Notes: generated by a model not told the origin, from the letters alone. Positions 30,516-41,530 are shown, numbered from the stretch's first letter. The stretch: DNA of 64,000 nucleotides from an uncultured delta proteobacterium (GCA_963790475.1 CAWBOS010000010.1:896001-960000); one strand, 5' to 3'. Translations and numbers: made by a program.

Positions 30516-31616
30516 GTGAGTGACAGGATGACTGGCGAAATTGAAGGGATTAACCGCCCTCTAGTTGTGTTGTTTGGAGCGGGAGCCTCACACGGAGCAC
30601 GTGACGGTTCGAGACCGCCCCTTGGACAGGAACTCATTCATCATCTGCTTAATATTTACAACGGTATAAAGGCTGACCGTAAGGAAGCGTTTAAATGGTT
30701 CTTTGAATACTATGAGAAAGAAGCTAAGGGCCTCATTGAAAAACTCAAAGAATCGGCATCGCAGAAAAAAAACTACGAAACTTTTTTGTCCGAATATCGA
30801 AAGCAAGTTGGAAACAACAATTTCCGAGATGACGAAATAGTTAAAGTTCTCACGAAGCTCTTAGCGGCGAGCATGGTTTCGTTTTGGCTTTGGCCCCAAC
30901 TAGAGCCGGCCTTAACGGAGTTTCCATTTTTTGAACAAAGGGACCGTTACGATGATCTGATCCATTCCGTGAAGTTGGGTAAGTTGCAATTCCCTATGGA
31001 AAAAATTGTTTTTGTTACCCCCAACTATGATGTTCTTTTTGAGCAGTCGCTAATACGAGCGGGCTTGTTTCAAGAACCGAAAAGAGTGCTTTCATGGCCA
31101 AAAACAAGCGAAAGTGATGCGCTCCTGTTGAAGATTCATGGATCGGCAAATTGGGTTGGGAACATGGGGGATCATGGTTTCCTTGATTCAAACAAACCTA
31201 TACCTATTGGGATGACCCAAACGTCGAATTCAGATGAATATTCAAATAGTTTTTCCAACTGGAACCAGGGTTTTGATCATCTTGTCGATCTGGGAAATGA
31301 AATCATCATGGCCCATTACACAATCGACAAACCCGGTCACGTTAACTTGGGACTTATTGAGCACATTCGTAACAGAGCCATCCAGTACGTCCAAAGATGT
31401 GAACAGGCCATTCTCCTTGGAATCCATCTGGAAGAACGGCGGGATGCAGACCCCTGTCTTTTTGAGATCCTCACTGAACTTAGGAAATGCAGGAAACGCG
31501 GTGTTCCGGTAACTTATGTCGGGATTGATGGAGCGGAGGCCGAAAAGGCAAAAAGCGAATACAAGTTCAAAATATTAACAGAAGGTTTCTCTGGATTTCT
31601 TGAATCTTTAAGATAG
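30516..31616 (+). CDS. SIR2-like domain protein
   Basis: VLFGAGASH, VTPNYD and LLKIHGSANW are SIR2_2-type signatures. Confidence 0.8.
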   Translation: MSDRMTGEIEGINRPLVVLFGAGASHGARDGSRPPLGQELIHHLLNIYNGIKADRKEAFKWFFEYYEKEAKGLIEKLKESASQKKNYETFLSEYRKQVGNNNFRDDEIVKVLTKLLAASMVSFWLWPQLEPALTEFPFFEQRDRYDDLIHSVKLGKLQFPMEKIVFVTPNYDVLFEQSLIRAGLFQEPKRVLSWPKTSESDALLLKIHGSANWVGNMGDHGFLDSNKPIPIGMTQTSNSDEYSNSFSNWNQGFDHLVDLGNEIIMAHYTIDKPGHVNLGLIEHIRNRAIQYVQRCEQAILLGIHLEERRDADPCLFEILTELRKCRKRGVPVTYVGIDGAEAEKAKSEYKFKILTEGFSGFLESLR

Positions 31617-31711
31617 AGAGCTTTAAGAATCTAAGCGACTAATGGGGGGAAAAAAGACTCAAATAACTCGTTAAAAAAATTTATCTTTAAAAAAGGAAAG
31701 AGACAAAATTA

Positions 31712-32566
31712 ATGAAAAGTTTCAAGTGGATTACTGCTCAACACAAGATCCTGTTTGTTATGGTTTGTATTGTAATTTTATCCGGCTGTGCGGGTCTTCA
31801 AACCCCGGGTAAGCCAACAGCCGTGCCGGAGTTCCGACCCGGAATCCCGGCAGGGTACTTGCCGGGCACCGCACTTCCCAACAGCCTGGCCTTGATTCCC
31901 CAACCTCCGGCAACAGGGTCCGCTGCTTTGGCAATGGATGAGGAAACGTACCGCAAAACCCGCGCCTTTCGCGGTACACCGCGCTGGGATCTGGCAACTC
32001 AAGACGCTGAACTGAAATTTCCGGAGGCGGCCGGGACTTTTTCCTGCGCCATTAAGGCCCCAATCACTGAAAAAGATACACCCCGTCTATATATGCTTCT
32101 GCGCCGTTCCCTCATGGATGCCGGACTTTCCACTTATAGGGCCAAGAATCAATACAAACGAATTCGTCCTTTCGTTGTATATCAGCAAGCCAGTTGTACC
32201 CCTGATGAAGAAAAAAAACTGATGACCGACGGTTCCTATCCTTCGGGTCATTCTTCGCTGGGTTGGGCTTGGGCGCTTATCCTGAGTGAGATCGACCCCG
32301 AACATTCCGATGCCATACTGGCCAGGGGCAGGGCATTCTGTGAAAGCCGTGTGGTTTGCGGCGTTCATTGGCAGAGCGATGTGATCGAAGGGCGATTTAT
32401 AGGAGCGAGTACCGTCTCCAGGTTACATGCCGATCCAGTCTTCCGGGCAGATATAGAGGCCGCCAAGGCCGAACTGGCAGCCCTCCGTGCTAAAGAGCTG
32501 AAACCCATTCGGGATTGTCAGGCGGAAGCCAAGGCCATGGCCCTGCAGCCGCCCATAGCACCATAG
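31712..32566 (+). CDS. Class A nonspecific acid phosphatase (PAP2) lipoprotein
   Basis: Lipobox LSGC, KNQYKRIRP, SYPSGH, SRVVCGVHWQSDV. Confidence 0.92.
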   Translation: MKSFKWITAQHKILFVMVCIVILSGCAGLQTPGKPTAVPEFRPGIPAGYLPGTALPNSLALIPQPPATGSAALAMDEETYRKTRAFRGTPRWDLATQDAELKFPEAAGTFSCAIKAPITEKDTPRLYMLLRRSLMDAGLSTYRAKNQYKRIRPFVVYQQASCTPDEEKKLMTDGSYPSGHSSLGWAWALILSEIDPEHSDAILARGRAFCESRVVCGVHWQSDVIEGRFIGASTVSRLHADPVFRADIEAAKAELAALRAKELKPIRDCQAEAKAMALQPPIAP

Positions 32567-32664
32567 CACCATAGCCGGCCAACCAAATCTTGGCCGGCGA
32601 GCGTTGAAAACTTCCGGTTTAATGCTTTTTCTCTGAAGAATATTAAAGGGGAGAATCAATCTTT

Positions 32665-32696
32665 GAGGCTTCCAGCCATTGATTGCCGGAAGCCTC
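32665..32696. terminator. Hairpin between convergent phosphatase and AOR genes
   Basis: GAGGCTTCC...GGAAGCCTC inverted repeat. Confidence 0.5.
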
Positions 32697-32795
32697 AAAC
32701 CCGGGGATTCACCAAAGCAGTCGATTAGTAAAACTAGTAAAGACGTGTGAAATTATCGTTTTTTCCTGACTTGGGTCTTTGATTGGATAACCGCT

Positions 32796-34984
32796 TTAAG
32801 CGTCCAGCAGAGCAGCAATCCTTGTTTTTGTTTCTTCGTTCAGAAAACCCCATAACCCTATTTTTTTTAAGGTATCTATCGTGGGGATTCCGGAATCGGT
32901 CCAACCCCGTTCCTGATAATAGATCTGAATCAACTTGCGAAGCTGTTTTTTCCTGATGTTCATCAGGATTTCCCGTTTTTCTGAAAGATTCATGGCCGAG
33001 ATCTCCGAGAGGGGTTTCTCCAATATCCTGCTTAGTTCGTTGTCATTATAATCCATTTCTGCGGCATAAATTTGGTCATCGGTCGGTCCTATGGCCCGGT
33101 CGGGTATCCAATCGTGTTCCCCGGTGGTTTTTCCATAGGTCATTACGTTCATGATCCGCTGGAGATTGATATCTCGATCCGTTTGCTCGAAGATCTTTTC
33201 CCAGGTCATGTCCGTTCCCAGCATGCCGTTATAGAATTCGGCATAGATTTCCTGAGAAGCGGGATTGATGTATTTGTCTCCATCCTTTGTCTTTTCCGAT
33301 TCGGGATTGAAAACGTCCACCCAGGGGAGTTTGCACAGACCCAGGTTGTCATTTCCCAGGCGCACCCGGGGATAGGTAATCAAGGCCTTGGCCCTGGCCT
33401 CAAAAGTGGGAAAGGCCCCGAGTAGATCCACCTTGATGAGCCAGGCGGCGGCATGATGGGCCCCGATATCGCTGGCCGCCGCGTAGGAACCCTGCATGGA
33501 CAAAGACCGGTGGGTGCGGTAAAGCGAGAAGGGAAGCCCTTTGGTGTGCATGGCGAAGCGGCCAATTTCTTGTAAAGGAGCCGTCTTTCCGGTTCTCTGG
33601 GCATATTTTTCGGCTATCCAGTTGATTAATTCAATCATTCCCTTGCCGGCGGTTTCTGCCAATTCGTTTTCCTTACGGGCAATTTGATGGATAAAGTTCA
33701 GGGCCGCTTTTTCATCGCCCCAGTTCAGTTTAAATCCGTTGGTATCCTCTTCGGTCAGATATCCCCTTTGAAAGCATTCCATGATTAAGGCCATAATGAC
33801 GGCCACGGTAATGGTATCCATACCGTAGTTGTCGCAGTGCCAGTTGGCTTCCATGATAAATTCGGGATTCCACATGCCGAGGTTGGAACCGAATCCGGCG
33901 GCTGTTTCATATTCCGGTCCATCCACCCAGACCCGCTCTTGGCGTGGACCGGTGGTCAGGGTCACGCAGCCCCCTTTGGTGCATCTCAGGTTACATCCCG
34001 GAAAACATCCATCCATACCCCGATGCTCAAACAATCGCTCGGCATAGGTCGAGCCGCATATCTGCCCGGCCTGCGGGTCTGATCCAAACTGATAATTTTT
34101 TACCGGCAGGGACTGATAGGCCTCTTGATTCATAAAAGAAATCAGACCGGCCGAGCCCTTACGGGACATCTGCAAGGAATTGGGATCGACTTCCTTGACG
34201 ACTTTGTGTAGCCGGGCTCCGGCCTTTTTCACCCTCTCCCAATCATGGGCGCCGTAGGGATTTTCCCCCTGGGGATATTCGGCCAGGATGACGATGGCCC
34301 GGATATGCTTATCCATCATCACCGAACCCAGACCGGTCCTCCCGGCCTGTTTGGTCCTGAAAATCCCTCTGGTCCCGTCAACCGGTTTGGTGGGATCATA
34401 ATAATGGCTGTTGATACACCCATAGGTCGTGTTGGCCGCCCCAATACCGGTGGAAACAAAGACGATATTTTTTTTAGCATAACCTCGGCTCGTAAAATCA
34501 TCGACGATGGATTTTTCCAATTCAAAGACCTGATCAATGAGCAGGTGCCGGAGTCGATGGTGATTTCGTTTTTAAAACCGTCAATGACTATCATGACCTC
34601 TTTCGAGGCCTTCCCGGAAATTTCCAGGGCATCAAATCCGGCGTATTTGAGAAAGGCTCCGAAATGCCCTCCGAAATTGGAAACTCCCGCTATATGGGTG
34701 ATAGGCGATAGCGATATGGCCATACATTTGCTGGTGCCGGGGAACTGAGGAATCCCCCCGAGAGGTCCGGGAGAAAAGATTAAAGGGTTTTCCGGATCAT
34801 AGGCCGATGTTTTTGAGGTTATGCGCCGGTGAAGAAAATATAGCCCCAGTCCCCGGCCGCCTATAAAGAAATCTCTTATTTTCGGATCCAGTTTTTGGAT
34901 ATTGATATCACCGGTGTTTATATCGATGGAAAGTGTCTGATTGGAATATCCGTGATCAAGCTGAGGTTTGGTATAGCGCATCAT
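32796..34984 (-). CDS. Aldehyde:ferredoxin oxidoreductase family (W/Mo), frameshift near 34540
   Basis: FIGGRGLG, GGHFGAFLKYAGFDAL, QAGRTGLG, C...C...C cluster, GPEYET, DNYGMD, YYQERGW. Confidence 0.9.
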
Positions 34985-35262
34985 TATTAATAATAAGCTC
35001 CTTTTTTTAAGTTGTTATAATTGGATGGGGCGAGTATAAGATAGAGAGGAAAGGGGAGTCAAGGAGAAAATGGGGAAAAATCAGGGAGAAAAATCAGGCC
35101 GGGTAGGGATGATCTGGAGGGCGCTTGAAGAGAAAAATAATTGTCGATATTAAAGGAAGGCACCGGGTGATTATTCTGCGGCGGAATCGCCGGGGTCCTT
35201 GGACCCTTCCGGATGATTAATAAAGGACCTTGAAGAAAGGTGCCTTCTAAGGGGAATGAAAG

Positions 35263-35616
35263 ATGATCGATAAAAACAGAATAAAGAGAGAATACAAACA
35301 GACTGTACCCCCGATGGGTGTTTATCAAATAAAAAATTTAGTCAATGGGAAAATTCTTGTCGGAAGCAGCAAAAACTTACCCGGAAAAATCAACAGCCAT
35401 CGATTTCAGCTTAAGATGGGCTCCCATAGGAATAGGGCGCTTCAGAAAGACTATACCTCTTTTGGCGAGGAAAATTTTTCTTTCGAGGTCCTGGATCATC
35501 TTGAACCCCAAGAAGATCCTAAATATGATTACTCCATTGAGTTAGAGGTTCTGGAGAAAATGTGGTTGGAAAGACTTCAACCTTATGATGAGCGGGGATA
35601 TCATAGAAAAAAATGA
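35263..35616 (+). CDS. GIY-YIG nuclease-family small protein
   Basis: MGVYQIKN...ILVGSS...LQKD...FSFEVL. Confidence 0.8.
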   Translation: MIDKNRIKREYKQTVPPMGVYQIKNLVNGKILVGSSKNLPGKINSHRFQLKMGSHRNRALQKDYTSFGEENFSFEVLDHLEPQEDPKYDYSIELEVLEKMWLERLQPYDERGYHRKK

Positions 35617-35681
35617 CCCTCGCCGGGAAATCGGGATGTTGAGTTGAGACGGAATTTTTAAAAAGGCAGCCTTCCGGTACT

Positions 35682-36824
35682 TTAAAGCCCCAAGGGTTTG
35701 AAAAATTCCTGTTCAAAGAGTCGGGAGAATTCTCCCGGGTGAGGAGGGATATAAGTTTCAGCCATTAATCTGATCCTCCGGGCCTGAAGGATAAATCTTT
35801 CCCGTCCTTTTATTCTGGCTTGTTCAATCCCGGCCCAATCTTTACCAATTTTGAATTTTCTGATCGCTGAGACAATTTCCGGATAAAGCGACCGGCGAAG
35901 GCCTTTTAAATTGGAAAGATAGAAACCCAGAGAGCCTGTTTTTTTCTCTCGGATGATAAATTTCAGGGTTCCTCCGGAATGAGTATCGGCCAGAAGGTCC
36001 TTCAGGGTCCGCAAATATAACTCGATTCGGCTGAGGGGAAAATGGGCCAGTAATGATCGCCACAAGCCTTGAGGAAAGGATCGGTCTCTGGCTTCTCCCA
36101 ATTCGTGGAATAAAATGGTTTCCAATTCGGACTGGACTATCGATTCCATTTGTCTATCCGGAGGAAGAGATGGATTCCAGCCGTAATAGCCAAGGGCCAT
36201 GTCCGTTCCCTCCCTCTCCAATTGTTCCAATTCCTGAATCTTGGACCACAGGAAAAAACGTAAAGGGTCCAGACGAATAACGATGGTCTTTCCTCGCTTC
36301 AGAGCCGGGGCCGGGGATAGGTCACAGGCCAAGTCCCGGTCCAGTATGATAATGGTAAAGCCATCAAGCAGGCGTTTTTCCTTGACCGTTCCCAGGAAGA
36401 AAGTGGGTTTCAAGCCCCGGCCGTAACCCGACCCGTAATAGAGCCCGGCCGGCATCAGATATTGATTAACGATTTTATTATTCAGATAATTAACGGTATG
36501 TCCGTTTACCCTGATCGGTTCATAAGGGGAGTCGAGGCAATTGAGCCACAGGGTTTCCTGGCCATCGATCCAATTTAAGAGTTGAACTTTGTCGGTGGGA
36601 TTCCAGGGGGGATTTTTTTGTTCCCAGTTGTATTGGTCTTTCAAACGAAGGAAAAGTCCGCATACAGAAAAAAGACCGCTGTGATGGGCGTTGGATATGT
36701 CGCAATTTTTACGAATAGCCGGCAGGATTTCTTTGAGGATCTTGTCCCTGCCGTTCGAAAGGTCAAATTTTTGTTCCAGGTCGGGCATAAGGCCTTCAAT
36801 AAAATCCTTGACGTTTGCTGCCAT
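35682..36824 (-). CDS. Conserved hypothetical protein (Sfum_1244-like)
   Basis: NCDISNA...SVCGLFLRL, KPTFFL, HELGE metal-site-like motif. Confidence 0.7.
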   Translation of the reverse strand: MAANVKDFIEGLMPDLEQKFDLSNGRDKILKEILPAIRKNCDISNAHHSGLFSVCGLFLRLKDQYNWEQKNPPWNPTDKVQLLNWIDGQETLWLNCLDSPYEPIRVNGHTVNYLNNKIVNQYLMPAGLYYGSGYGRGLKPTFFLGTVKEKRLLDGFTIIILDRDLACDLSPAPALKRGKTIVIRLDPLRFFLWSKIQELEQLEREGTDMALGYYGWNPSLPPDRQMESIVQSELETILFHELGEARDRSFPQGLWRSLLAHFPLSRIELYLRTLKDLLADTHSGGTLKFIIREKKTGSLGFYLSNLKGLRRSLYPEIVSAIRKFKIGKDWAGIEQARIKGRERFILQARRIRLMAETYIPPHPGEFSRLFEQEFFKPLGL

Positions 36825-36883
36825 ATCTTAGTAATTTTAATTCCGATCTGCAAGCAAGAAATTCGTATGGGAAAGAAGGCTTG

Positions 36884-37831
36884 ATGAAAAAAGGAATCTA
36901 TTTTCTTGCCGGGGTGTTTTTTTTATGTTCTGGAATATTCACCCCTTTTTCCCTCCAAGCCAGGGAACCGGGAAGGTCCCTACAAGTGGTCTGCACGATC
37001 CTCCCGGTATATATTCTGACCCTTAACGTGGTCGGTCAGATCCCGGGTGTTCAGGTGAAACTGCTCTTACCTCCCCAACAAGGTTGTCCCCATGATTACG
37101 ATTTGACCCCGAGCGATTTGATTAAATTATCACAGGCCGATCTTATCGTGGCCAACGGATTAGGGATGGAGGAATTCTTGGGGAAAATTTTAAAACAACC
37201 CAACCTTCAGACTCGGGTCATTTTGGCGGCCGAGAAGGTGGAGCCAATCCATAATCAACAGATACCGAAGCCTTTACATTTTAAAGAAAAAAAGGGCGAA
37301 GCGGAGCACCACCATGAGGGGTCTGTTAACGGACATGCCTGGGTCAGTCCGAAAGCGGCCGCATTGATGACCCGGACGATTGCCCAGGGGTTGGCCCTGC
37401 AAGATCCCTCTCATGCCCGGGAATTTCGTTTCAATGCGGAACAGTATTCAAAAAAACTGGAAGCCCTGGCCCAGGAAATGACCGATTGGGTTTCCCGGGC
37501 CCGGAATAAGAACTGCCTTGCCTTTCATGATATTTTGGCCTATCTGGCCCGTGATATCGGACTAAATCTCATCGGGGTTATTGAATCCTATCCAGGTCTG
37601 GAACCTTCTCCGAAGGATATGGTCAGACTGATCAAAATACTCAGAGAGCAACGAGTCGCGGCTATCTTTTCAGAACCCCAGTATTCTGATAAAGTGGTCA
37701 AGGTGCTTTCCCGGGAATCCGGGGTTCCATTTTTTGAGCTGGATCCGGTGGCTACCGGGAAGCCGGCGGCCGATACTTATGAAAAGAGCATGAGGAAAAA
37801 TTTTGAAGTCTTGAAAAAGGCCCTGAAATGA
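36884..37831 (+). CDS. znuA: Zn/Mn ABC transporter substrate-binding protein
   Basis: PHDYDLTP, NGLGME, His-rich loop, HAWVSP, FHD. Confidence 0.88.
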   Translation: MKKGIYFLAGVFFLCSGIFTPFSLQAREPGRSLQVVCTILPVYILTLNVVGQIPGVQVKLLLPPQQGCPHDYDLTPSDLIKLSQADLIVANGLGMEEFLGKILKQPNLQTRVILAAEKVEPIHNQQIPKPLHFKEKKGEAEHHHEGSVNGHAWVSPKAAALMTRTIAQGLALQDPSHAREFRFNAEQYSKKLEALAQEMTDWVSRARNKNCLAFHDILAYLARDIGLNLIGVIESYPGLEPSPKDMVRLIKILREQRVAAIFSEPQYSDKVVKVLSRESGVPFFELDPVATGKPAADTYEKSMRKNFEVLKKALK

Positions 37832-37964
37832 CCACTAACCAGGAATTAAACCTCGGGAATTTAGAGGCCAAAAAAAGGAATCCTCTTTTCTTTCGGGTTC
37901 TGTATTCTGACCCCTTACTCCTAGTCCTTTGGTCTAAAAGGACTGAATAGGCCTAGCTGTTATT

Positions 37965-38744
37965 ATGAGCCAGGATCACCCACCTTCTCCCGACACCGCC
38001 ATTGAAATCAGAAATTTAGGGGTTTGTCTGCGTAAGATCGATATCCTAACCGAGGTTAATTGCTCCATCCCTGTCCGCAGAACGACAGCCGTTATCGGGC
38101 CTAATGGGGCGGGAAAGACCACTCTGCTTTTGGCTATTCTCGGATTGGTTCCTTATACCGGGAGCATTGATTTTAATTTATTTAAGAAAGGCCGTCCTTC
38201 CATAGGCTATGTACCGCAGCGTTTAGAATTTGACCGGGGCCTGCCTTGCACCGTTGAAGATCTGATGGCTACTTCGATCTGCCGAAAGGCCCTCTGGTTG
38301 GGGAAAAAACAAAAGATCAAAGACCAGGTGCACATCGGACTGGAAAGGGTAGGGGCCGAGGGGTTAAAAAATAGGTTTATAGGCAAACTCTCCGGCGGGG
38401 AATTACAGAGGGTCCTGTTGGCTATGGCCATGGAGGGGAACCCGTCCATCTTGCTTTTAGATGAGCCGACGGCCGGAATTGACGCCCCGGGAGAACAACT
38501 GTTTTGTGATCTCCTGGCCGACATCCAGACTCAAGCCGACTTGACCGTAATCTTGATCTCCCATGACCTTTCCGTGGTCTCCAATCATGCCCAACATGTG
38601 ATCTGTTTAAATAAGACGGTCCGTTGTTCCGGAGGCCTGAACACCCTGACCGAAGAGAACCTGCTGAAGACTTTTGGACTGCATGTTCAAATATATCCTC
38701 ACAGTCACGGCCCCCATCAATCTCAAAATATTTTGAATCCCTGA
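37965..38744 (+). CDS. znuC: Zn/Mn ABC transporter ATPase
   Basis: GPNGAGKTT, GYVPQ, LSGGELQRVLLA, SHDL. Confidence 0.88.
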   Translation: MSQDHPPSPDTAIEIRNLGVCLRKIDILTEVNCSIPVRRTTAVIGPNGAGKTTLLLAILGLVPYTGSIDFNLFKKGRPSIGYVPQRLEFDRGLPCTVEDLMATSICRKALWLGKKQKIKDQVHIGLERVGAEGLKNRFIGKLSGGELQRVLLAMAMEGNPSILLLDEPTAGIDAPGEQLFCDLLADIQTQADLTVILISHDLSVVSNHAQHVICLNKTVRCSGGLNTLTEENLLKTFGLHVQIYPHSHGPHQSQNILNP

Positions 38745-38747
38745 ATT

Positions 38748-39596
38748 ATGGAACCCTTTTTTCAATCGCTCTATTCTTTTCTGCAGACCGCAATCCCCTT
38801 TGAATGGGCTCAATTCGATTTTGTCTGGCGGGCAATCGGGGCCATGTTGATCATAGCTCCTTTGTGCGCTGTCTTGGGAGTTCATGTCGTCAATTTTCGT
38901 ATGGCTTTTTTTTCCGATGCCATCAGCCATTCCACTTTTGCCGGCGTGGCCTTGGGGGTCCTCTTAGGAGTAAATCCTTCTATTACCTTAATCGGTTTTG
39001 GGATACTGGCCGGACTAAGCATCACCCTGTTCAAGGGACGATCAGACTTATCGTCAGACACAGTGATCAGCGTCATTCTTTCGGCTACGGTTGCCTTAGG
39101 GATTACCGTGCTCTACGCCCAGAAGGAAACCCGCAATCTGGAGACCTATCTCTACGGAACCGTTTTGACCATCAGCGATTGGGAATTATTTCTTTTGCTG
39201 ATGATCGGGATCCTGGTTTTTATCATTATGGGTTTTTTATTCAATCATTTGTTTTTAATAAGCCTTAATCCCCACCTGGCCGCCTCCCGTGGGATTCCGG
39301 TAACGGTGTTAGAATACGGCTTTGCCCTGATTCTGGCCGTCGTGGTTACTTTCAGTATTCGGGCCATAGGACTTTTTTTGGTCACGGCTATGCTGGTCGT
39401 GCCGGCGGCAACAGCCAGAAACCTGGCCGCTGGTATGTCCAGCTTATTCTGGTTGGCCCTGATTTGTGCCCTGACCTCCGGTATTGCCGGCATCCTGTTC
39501 TCTTTTTATTGGGATACACCAGCCGGAGCCAGTGCCATTTTGGTCGGTTGCCTTTTATTTCTTATATCCTGGCTCAAGGTGCGCTGGTTTCAATAA
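38748..39596 (+). CDS. znuB: Zn/Mn ABC transporter permease
   Basis: RMAFFSDAISHS, YLYG, VPAATAR. Confidence 0.88.
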   Translation: MEPFFQSLYSFLQTAIPFEWAQFDFVWRAIGAMLIIAPLCAVLGVHVVNFRMAFFSDAISHSTFAGVALGVLLGVNPSITLIGFGILAGLSITLFKGRSDLSSDTVISVILSATVALGITVLYAQKETRNLETYLYGTVLTISDWELFLLLMIGILVFIIMGFLFNHLFLISLNPHLAASRGIPVTVLEYGFALILAVVVTFSIRAIGLFLVTAMLVVPAATARNLAAGMSSLFWLALICALTSGIAGILFSFYWDTPAGASAILVGCLLFLISWLKVRWFQ

Positions 39597-39610
39597 AGAC
39601 TTTTTTTCAT

Positions 39611-39639
39611 TTGACAAGAAAAAGCATTTCGAGTATTTT
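39611..39639 (+). promoter_or_regulatory. Sigma70 promoter of the tRNA pair
   Basis: TTGACA N17 TATTTT. Confidence 0.55.
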
Positions 39640-39649
39640 TAAAGATTGA

Positions 39650-39724
<75 letters not shown>

Positions 39725-39747
39725 AAAAACAGGATTCCCATCTGAAA

Positions 39748-39823
39748 GGCGGCATAGCCAAGTGGCTAAGGCAGCGGTCTGCAAAACCGTTATTCACCGG
39801 TTCGAGTCCGGTTGCCGCCTCCA
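39748..39823 (+). tRNA. tRNA-Cys (GCA)
   Basis: GGCGGCA...CTGCAAA anticodon loop...GGTTCGAGTCC...TGCCGCCTCCA. Confidence 0.97.
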
Positions 39824-39856
39824 TTTTTTGATCCGGCTCCAGCCTTCCTTCAATAC

Positions 39857-40702
39857 ATGAAATCTATTAGAGCCCTGACATTAATTATCCTTTTTTTATT
39901 ATTTTCTTCCTCATTGGGGGGACAAGAAAAGCCTAATCAAGCGCCTGTCCTTTGGCAAACCCTTTCTCCGGGCCTTTCCTTTTTTCGTTGGGAAGTTCGC
40001 TCTGCCAATAATTCGATTGATAATACTCTCGTTGTCCTCCGTATTGACCCCGAGCTTTGGTCATTTCGGGTTTTTTTTGACCGAGAGCCTAAAACGGTCA
40101 AGGAATGGCAACAGAGTACCCGGGCCACCGTAACCTGCAACGGCGGATACTATCGGGAAAATTTTCAACCGGCCGGAAGGATTTTAGTGAATGGAACGTC
40201 CCTGGGTCCAAACAAAAACCGGCATATGAAAGGAATGTTTCTCTCCGAACCCAAGAAGGGGTTTGAACATCTCCCTAAAGCGACCTTGATTGATTTGAAG
40301 GACATTAACAGCGAGGAAAGAATTTCCTCCTACGAGCAGGGGATTCAATCCTTTCCGATCCTTTTGGATCCCGCAGGGCAGGTTCGAGTTAATCCGAGTA
40401 ATTTCCAGGCCAATAGAACGGTCCTGGCCCAGGATCATTCCGGGAATATTTATATTTTGATAACGGAGAAGCCTTCTTTTACTCTTTATGATTTTGGTAA
40501 TTATTTAAAAGGGTTGCCGTTTAGATTCCAATTCATTTTAAATCTGGATGGAGGATTGCGTACCCAATTAATGATTCAGGCCAAAGGGTTTAAATATCTT
40601 TTCCCCGGTCAGGGGGAAGGAAGAGGGAACCCCCTCCTGTTTTTCCCGGAGCCGGTTAAACTCCCTTCGGTGATCGGCCTTTTTCCGCGAGGTCCTCATT
40701 GA
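39857..40702 (+). CDS. Phosphodiester glycosidase (NAGPA/DUF2233) family protein
   Basis: Signal peptide, NGGYY, QSFP, NRTVLA, LNLDGG. Confidence 0.75.
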   Translation: MKSIRALTLIILFLLFSSSLGGQEKPNQAPVLWQTLSPGLSFFRWEVRSANNSIDNTLVVLRIDPELWSFRVFFDREPKTVKEWQQSTRATVTCNGGYYRENFQPAGRILVNGTSLGPNKNRHMKGMFLSEPKKGFEHLPKATLIDLKDINSEERISSYEQGIQSFPILLDPAGQVRVNPSNFQANRTVLAQDHSGNIYILITEKPSFTLYDFGNYLKGLPFRFQFILNLDGGLRTQLMIQAKGFKYLFPGQGEGRGNPLLFFPEPVKLPSVIGLFPRGPH

Positions 40703-41346
40703 ACCAGGTGTTTATTATCGGATTCGGAAAGTTCGGGAAATTGGCGCTGACCCAGGGGGCTCGTTTGTGGGAAAAGGCGCGGGTCTGGATTATTGATTCC
40801 CGGCCGGAAGCTTTAATCAAACCGGACCCCGAACCTTTTTCGGCGATACGGGTTTTGGCCGACGGCCCTCAATTTTTAACCCAGTATCAAGGATGGATTG
40901 GGGATGAAGATTGGATCATCCCCGCCCTGCCGGTTCACCTGGCCTGGAACTGGCTGGGGCTAAATATAAAATTTCCGAAAGACGCTCGAACCATAATACC
41001 GCCAAAAAGTTTTGGTCGGGGTTTGCCTTTTCATCAAGTCAGCACCCAAGCCCTTTTCCTGAGTTATGCCGACTTTTTGTGTCCCGAAAACTGTCCCGCC
41101 CCACTCCACAGCTGTTTTAAGACCAAAGAAAAAAGGGCTGTTCCCCTCTGGAAATTGATAGCCAATAGACGGTGTCCGACCGGCACCCTGAAGGTGATTG
41201 AAAGTCGGCAAATTGCACCTGGAGTCGGGGGGTATGCTTTTAGGGAGTTAAGAAAAATCCGGGACCTGGCCCTGAAGGCTGATCCTCCTTTTTTTGTGGG
41301 TACGGCCTGCCGTTGTCACGGGGTGGTTAATGGGGTGACCTGGTAG
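40699..41346 (+). CDS. Hypothetical protein with Rossmann-like N-terminus and Cys cluster
   Basis: IIGFGKFG, CPENCPAP..SC, TACRCHGV. Confidence 0.7.
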   Translation: MNQVFIIGFGKFGKLALTQGARLWEKARVWIIDSRPEALIKPDPEPFSAIRVLADGPQFLTQYQGWIGDEDWIIPALPVHLAWNWLGLNIKFPKDARTIIPPKSFGRGLPFHQVSTQALFLSYADFLCPENCPAPLHSCFKTKEKRAVPLWKLIANRRCPTGTLKVIESRQIAPGVGGYAFRELRKIRDLALKADPPFFVGTACRCHGVVNGVTW

Positions 41347-41530
41347 AACAGGGGTTAAGTGCGGGCATCAGAAGTCAGTACTTTCTTAAATAAAATGTAT
41401 GAAGACGCAGGATAAGATTGCCGGTTTTTCTTGACTTACCGCAAGGAGAATGATAATCGATTATTATTAATAATTTCGTTTTTTTAAAGGGCCTTCGAAT
41501 TTGTTACGAGAGACAGAAAGGAGCAGAACG

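Noticed and set aside
30460-30520. attC-like start (ACCTAACAAT) upstream of the SIR2 gene
   Set aside because: No convincing complementary GTTRRRY end or L boxes, and no integrase in the window.
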